From: an uncultured bacterium
GTDB taxonomy: Bacteria; Auribacterota; JACPWU01
Direction of reading: 5' to 3'
DNA length: 32,000 bases
NCBI GenBank assembly: GCA_964640155.1
Contig: CAZXEQ010000003.1
Span: 325,498-357,497 of the forward strand
Part shown: piece after piece, positions 12,601 to 15,600 of the stretch
Layout of the letters: each line of letters begins with the position of its first letter
Position numbering within the stretch: position 1 is the stretch's first letter
Program-made: the position numbers and the translations under genes
Notes under the pieces: model-generated
Seen by the model: only the letters and a program-made list of their open reading frames with translations
Told to the model about the DNA's origin: nothing
Databases searched by the model: none

Positions 12601-15600
12601 GGAGAAATAAGTATCGAATCGGATACCCGAGGAAAAGTTTTACGTTTTAAGGAAATGCAAAGACTTTTTAGAAATGCATTTGAAGAAGGAATATCATTTG
12701 TTGAACCTATTGATCAATTTGAAAAAGAAGGTTTGGCATTAATACAAAAGAGAATTGTAGGTTTTGTAGAAAAGAAAATGGCTCAAAGTGATGAAATGCG
12801 AGGGAAAATGCTCAAAGGATTTGAAGCTGCAGTTGCTTCTGGTTTAGTAAGCGATGCGGGAATTTTAGTGAGATCTCTTTATGAAAGAGTGCTTAAAGGT
12901 GAAAGTGAAGGGAGAGTTTTTCTGACAGAACTTGCGGCTCGTGAAAAAGTTTTAGGTGATTTTGGTGATATTGCAATTGAAAAAGTGGATGAACAAATTG
13001 TGATACGTTTTCGGATGACATTGGGTGAATCTACAGAGTTTACTGCTTCTCCAGAAGAGTTTGGTCAATTGAACTTGCCGAAAGCTAAAGAAGCCATTAC
13101 CCAAAGTTTTGAATCAGATTTAATGAACGAAGACAGGGGAGTTCGAGAGGCTGCGATAACTCGTTTTAAACAAACACCCATTTTTTCACTATTAGCGGAA
13201 AATCTCGTAAGATCTATTTGGGGGAAAGTGCTGCAAGGAAATGCGAGCGCAAGGCGAGCTTTATGCGTTTTAGCAAGAGATGCTGGTGTCAGAGGAGATT
13301 TTGAGGTTATTGAAATTTTAGATTCTCCTGCTTTAGGTGTAAAATTACGATTAAAAGATATGGAGAGTAAATTTAATGAGATTGTTGGAAAATCAGTTAC
13401 TTTTATGATGGATGTTGTTGAGTTTGAAGGAACTGGTTTGTCTCGCATTCAAGCGCAGATTATTTCAGGACTTGAAAGGGGATTGTTATCCGATGATGAG
13501 CCAATTCGAGCAGCAGCTTTTGCTGGATTCAAGAAAGCTTTAGAATTTGGGCTTGTAACCGATGCAAGTATTTTGGCTAAACCTCTGTGGGAAAAGGCTG
13601 CAAAGGGCGATGCTTCGGCAAGAAACGATTTGTGTGATTTCATTGCAGCGGGCCATTTAAAAGGAAACTTTGAAGGGTTTAGTGTTGTAGAAGATGGGAG
13701 AGCAGTAAGGCTAAGTGCAGCAGAAAAAGAATTAGGAGAGGCATTTCAAGGAATTAATCTTACGATTTCAATCGAAGAATTTAGAGCTTCAGGTTTAGCT
13801 GGAATACAATCAAAAATAATTCAGTATGTCATCGAAAAATTGGAAAGTGTTGATGAAGCTGAGCAAGATAAAGGTATTGTTGCGCTTCAAAAAGCTTTAC
13901 AGACACATATATTGCCTGATGCACGAGCTATCGTGAGTCAGCTTTGGAAAAAAGTCGAAGCAGAAAATGTGCAGGCCAGAACAGCTTTGGTCAAACTTCT
14001 TTTAAATGTTGAAGGAGATTTTGAAGAAGTTGGGATTGAAACTGTTGGAGAGAAAAAAGTTTTGCACTTGAAGGAAGAGGAGAGAAAGTATCAGGAAATA
14101 TTTGGGGAAAAAATAAATATACTTGTTCCTGTTTCCAGATTTTTAAGTATTGGTTTAGATTCGACTGCTCAATCAATCATCCAATATACTGAGACGCGTT
14201 TATCTGTTGCGGATGAAAATGCTCGTACACGGATATTTGCTAAATTTAAAAATGCTATAGATCAGGGTTTGATTAAGAATGCGAATGATCTGGTTGGTGC
14301 TCTTTTAGATAGAGTCATTAGTGGTAAAGAAGAAGATAAATGGGCTAGAGTTGCTTTAAGCAGATTCTTATCTCTTAATTGGGCTGAAACTGAGTTTGAT
14401 GGAATTGTTATTGAAAAGAGATCAAAAGGTAAAGGAAGTGATGAAGAAAAAGTAATTCATTTTTTAAGGATTGAAAATGAATCAAAGAAAAATTTTTCTT
14501 TAGGTAAAAAGGATATTCTTTCCATTACTTTAGTGGAGCTAGAAACACAAGGGAGTGAAGGAATTCTTAATAAAATAATGGGTTTTATTAAGAGTGAACG
14601 AAAATATCTTCTTGAGATTTTAGATGAAGTAAAGTTAAGAGAATTATTGCGTGAAGGATTAGAAAATAGAGATATGGAAGATCTGGTTGTAGACTTATCT
14701 TATTTTGCAGCAAAGAAATTAAGAGAAACAAGGATTACATATCTTCCTTTAAATTCTATTCGTGAATTATTGAAGGATCAAAAATGCGAGAGAAAAGATC
14801 TTACACAAGTTTTAGAAATGTTGCAGTCTTTGAGGCGCTTGGCTGGCGGAGGAAGTGTAAGTTTTAAAAAAGTAGAGGAAGAAACGCAAGATGTATTAGT
14901 TATTACTCTTCCTGCTTCAGTTCCAAGAGAAACAATGAAGCAATATTTAGACAGAGAAGATGTAAAGGGCCGTTTAGATCCTGTCATCTTAGGTTATGCA
15001 AATGAATGTGAATCTAAGAAGGCGCCTATTTATAGAGTTATTTTAAGTGATGGTTCTCTAGTAGATAGTGGGATTGTGGATCGTGGAACTTTAAAAAGTA
15101 AACAGATTTTAAAACGACTTCCTCAGAGAGGATATGCAAGTTTGGAGAAAATAGAAGGAGAGAAGGGAGGTGTATTAGTATTTAATCTTTCAGATCTGAT
15201 TTCAAAAGAAACTATAAAGCAATATTTTGAAGAACAAAGGGTAAAAAGTTATTTAAAATTTATTATTGAGAGATATGTGGATGAATATGGGTTTGAGAAA
15301 GCGCCTTCTTATCAAGTCCTTTTAAGTGATGGTTCTCAAATAGATGATGAGGGTGTTAAAGAAGAAATAGAAGTTATCATTAAAGCTATTATTAATGAAA
15401 GAAAAAGGATGGCTGAGGAAGCTGCGGCTTCTAAAAATGGTGAAACAGCAATTGATGGTAATGGATTGAATGGTGGCGCTGGAACCAATGGTGCTAATGG
15501 CGCAAATGATGGTATTACTCATGTAGAAGCGGGGAGTGTTGGTGTAGAAGTGGTTATTGGAACTGAGACTGGAGCATCTGAAACAGAAACGGGTGATGGA

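Noticed and set aside
11041-14600. An RTX or adhesin-type repeat protein (T1SS substrate) interpretation of the repeat array.
   Set aside because: There are no GGxGxD nonapeptides and no Ig/cadherin/BIg-like beta-sandwich patterns. The repeats are largely helical and 115-125 aa long. ORF-B has an N-terminal Sec signal, not a C-terminal T1SS-type architecture.
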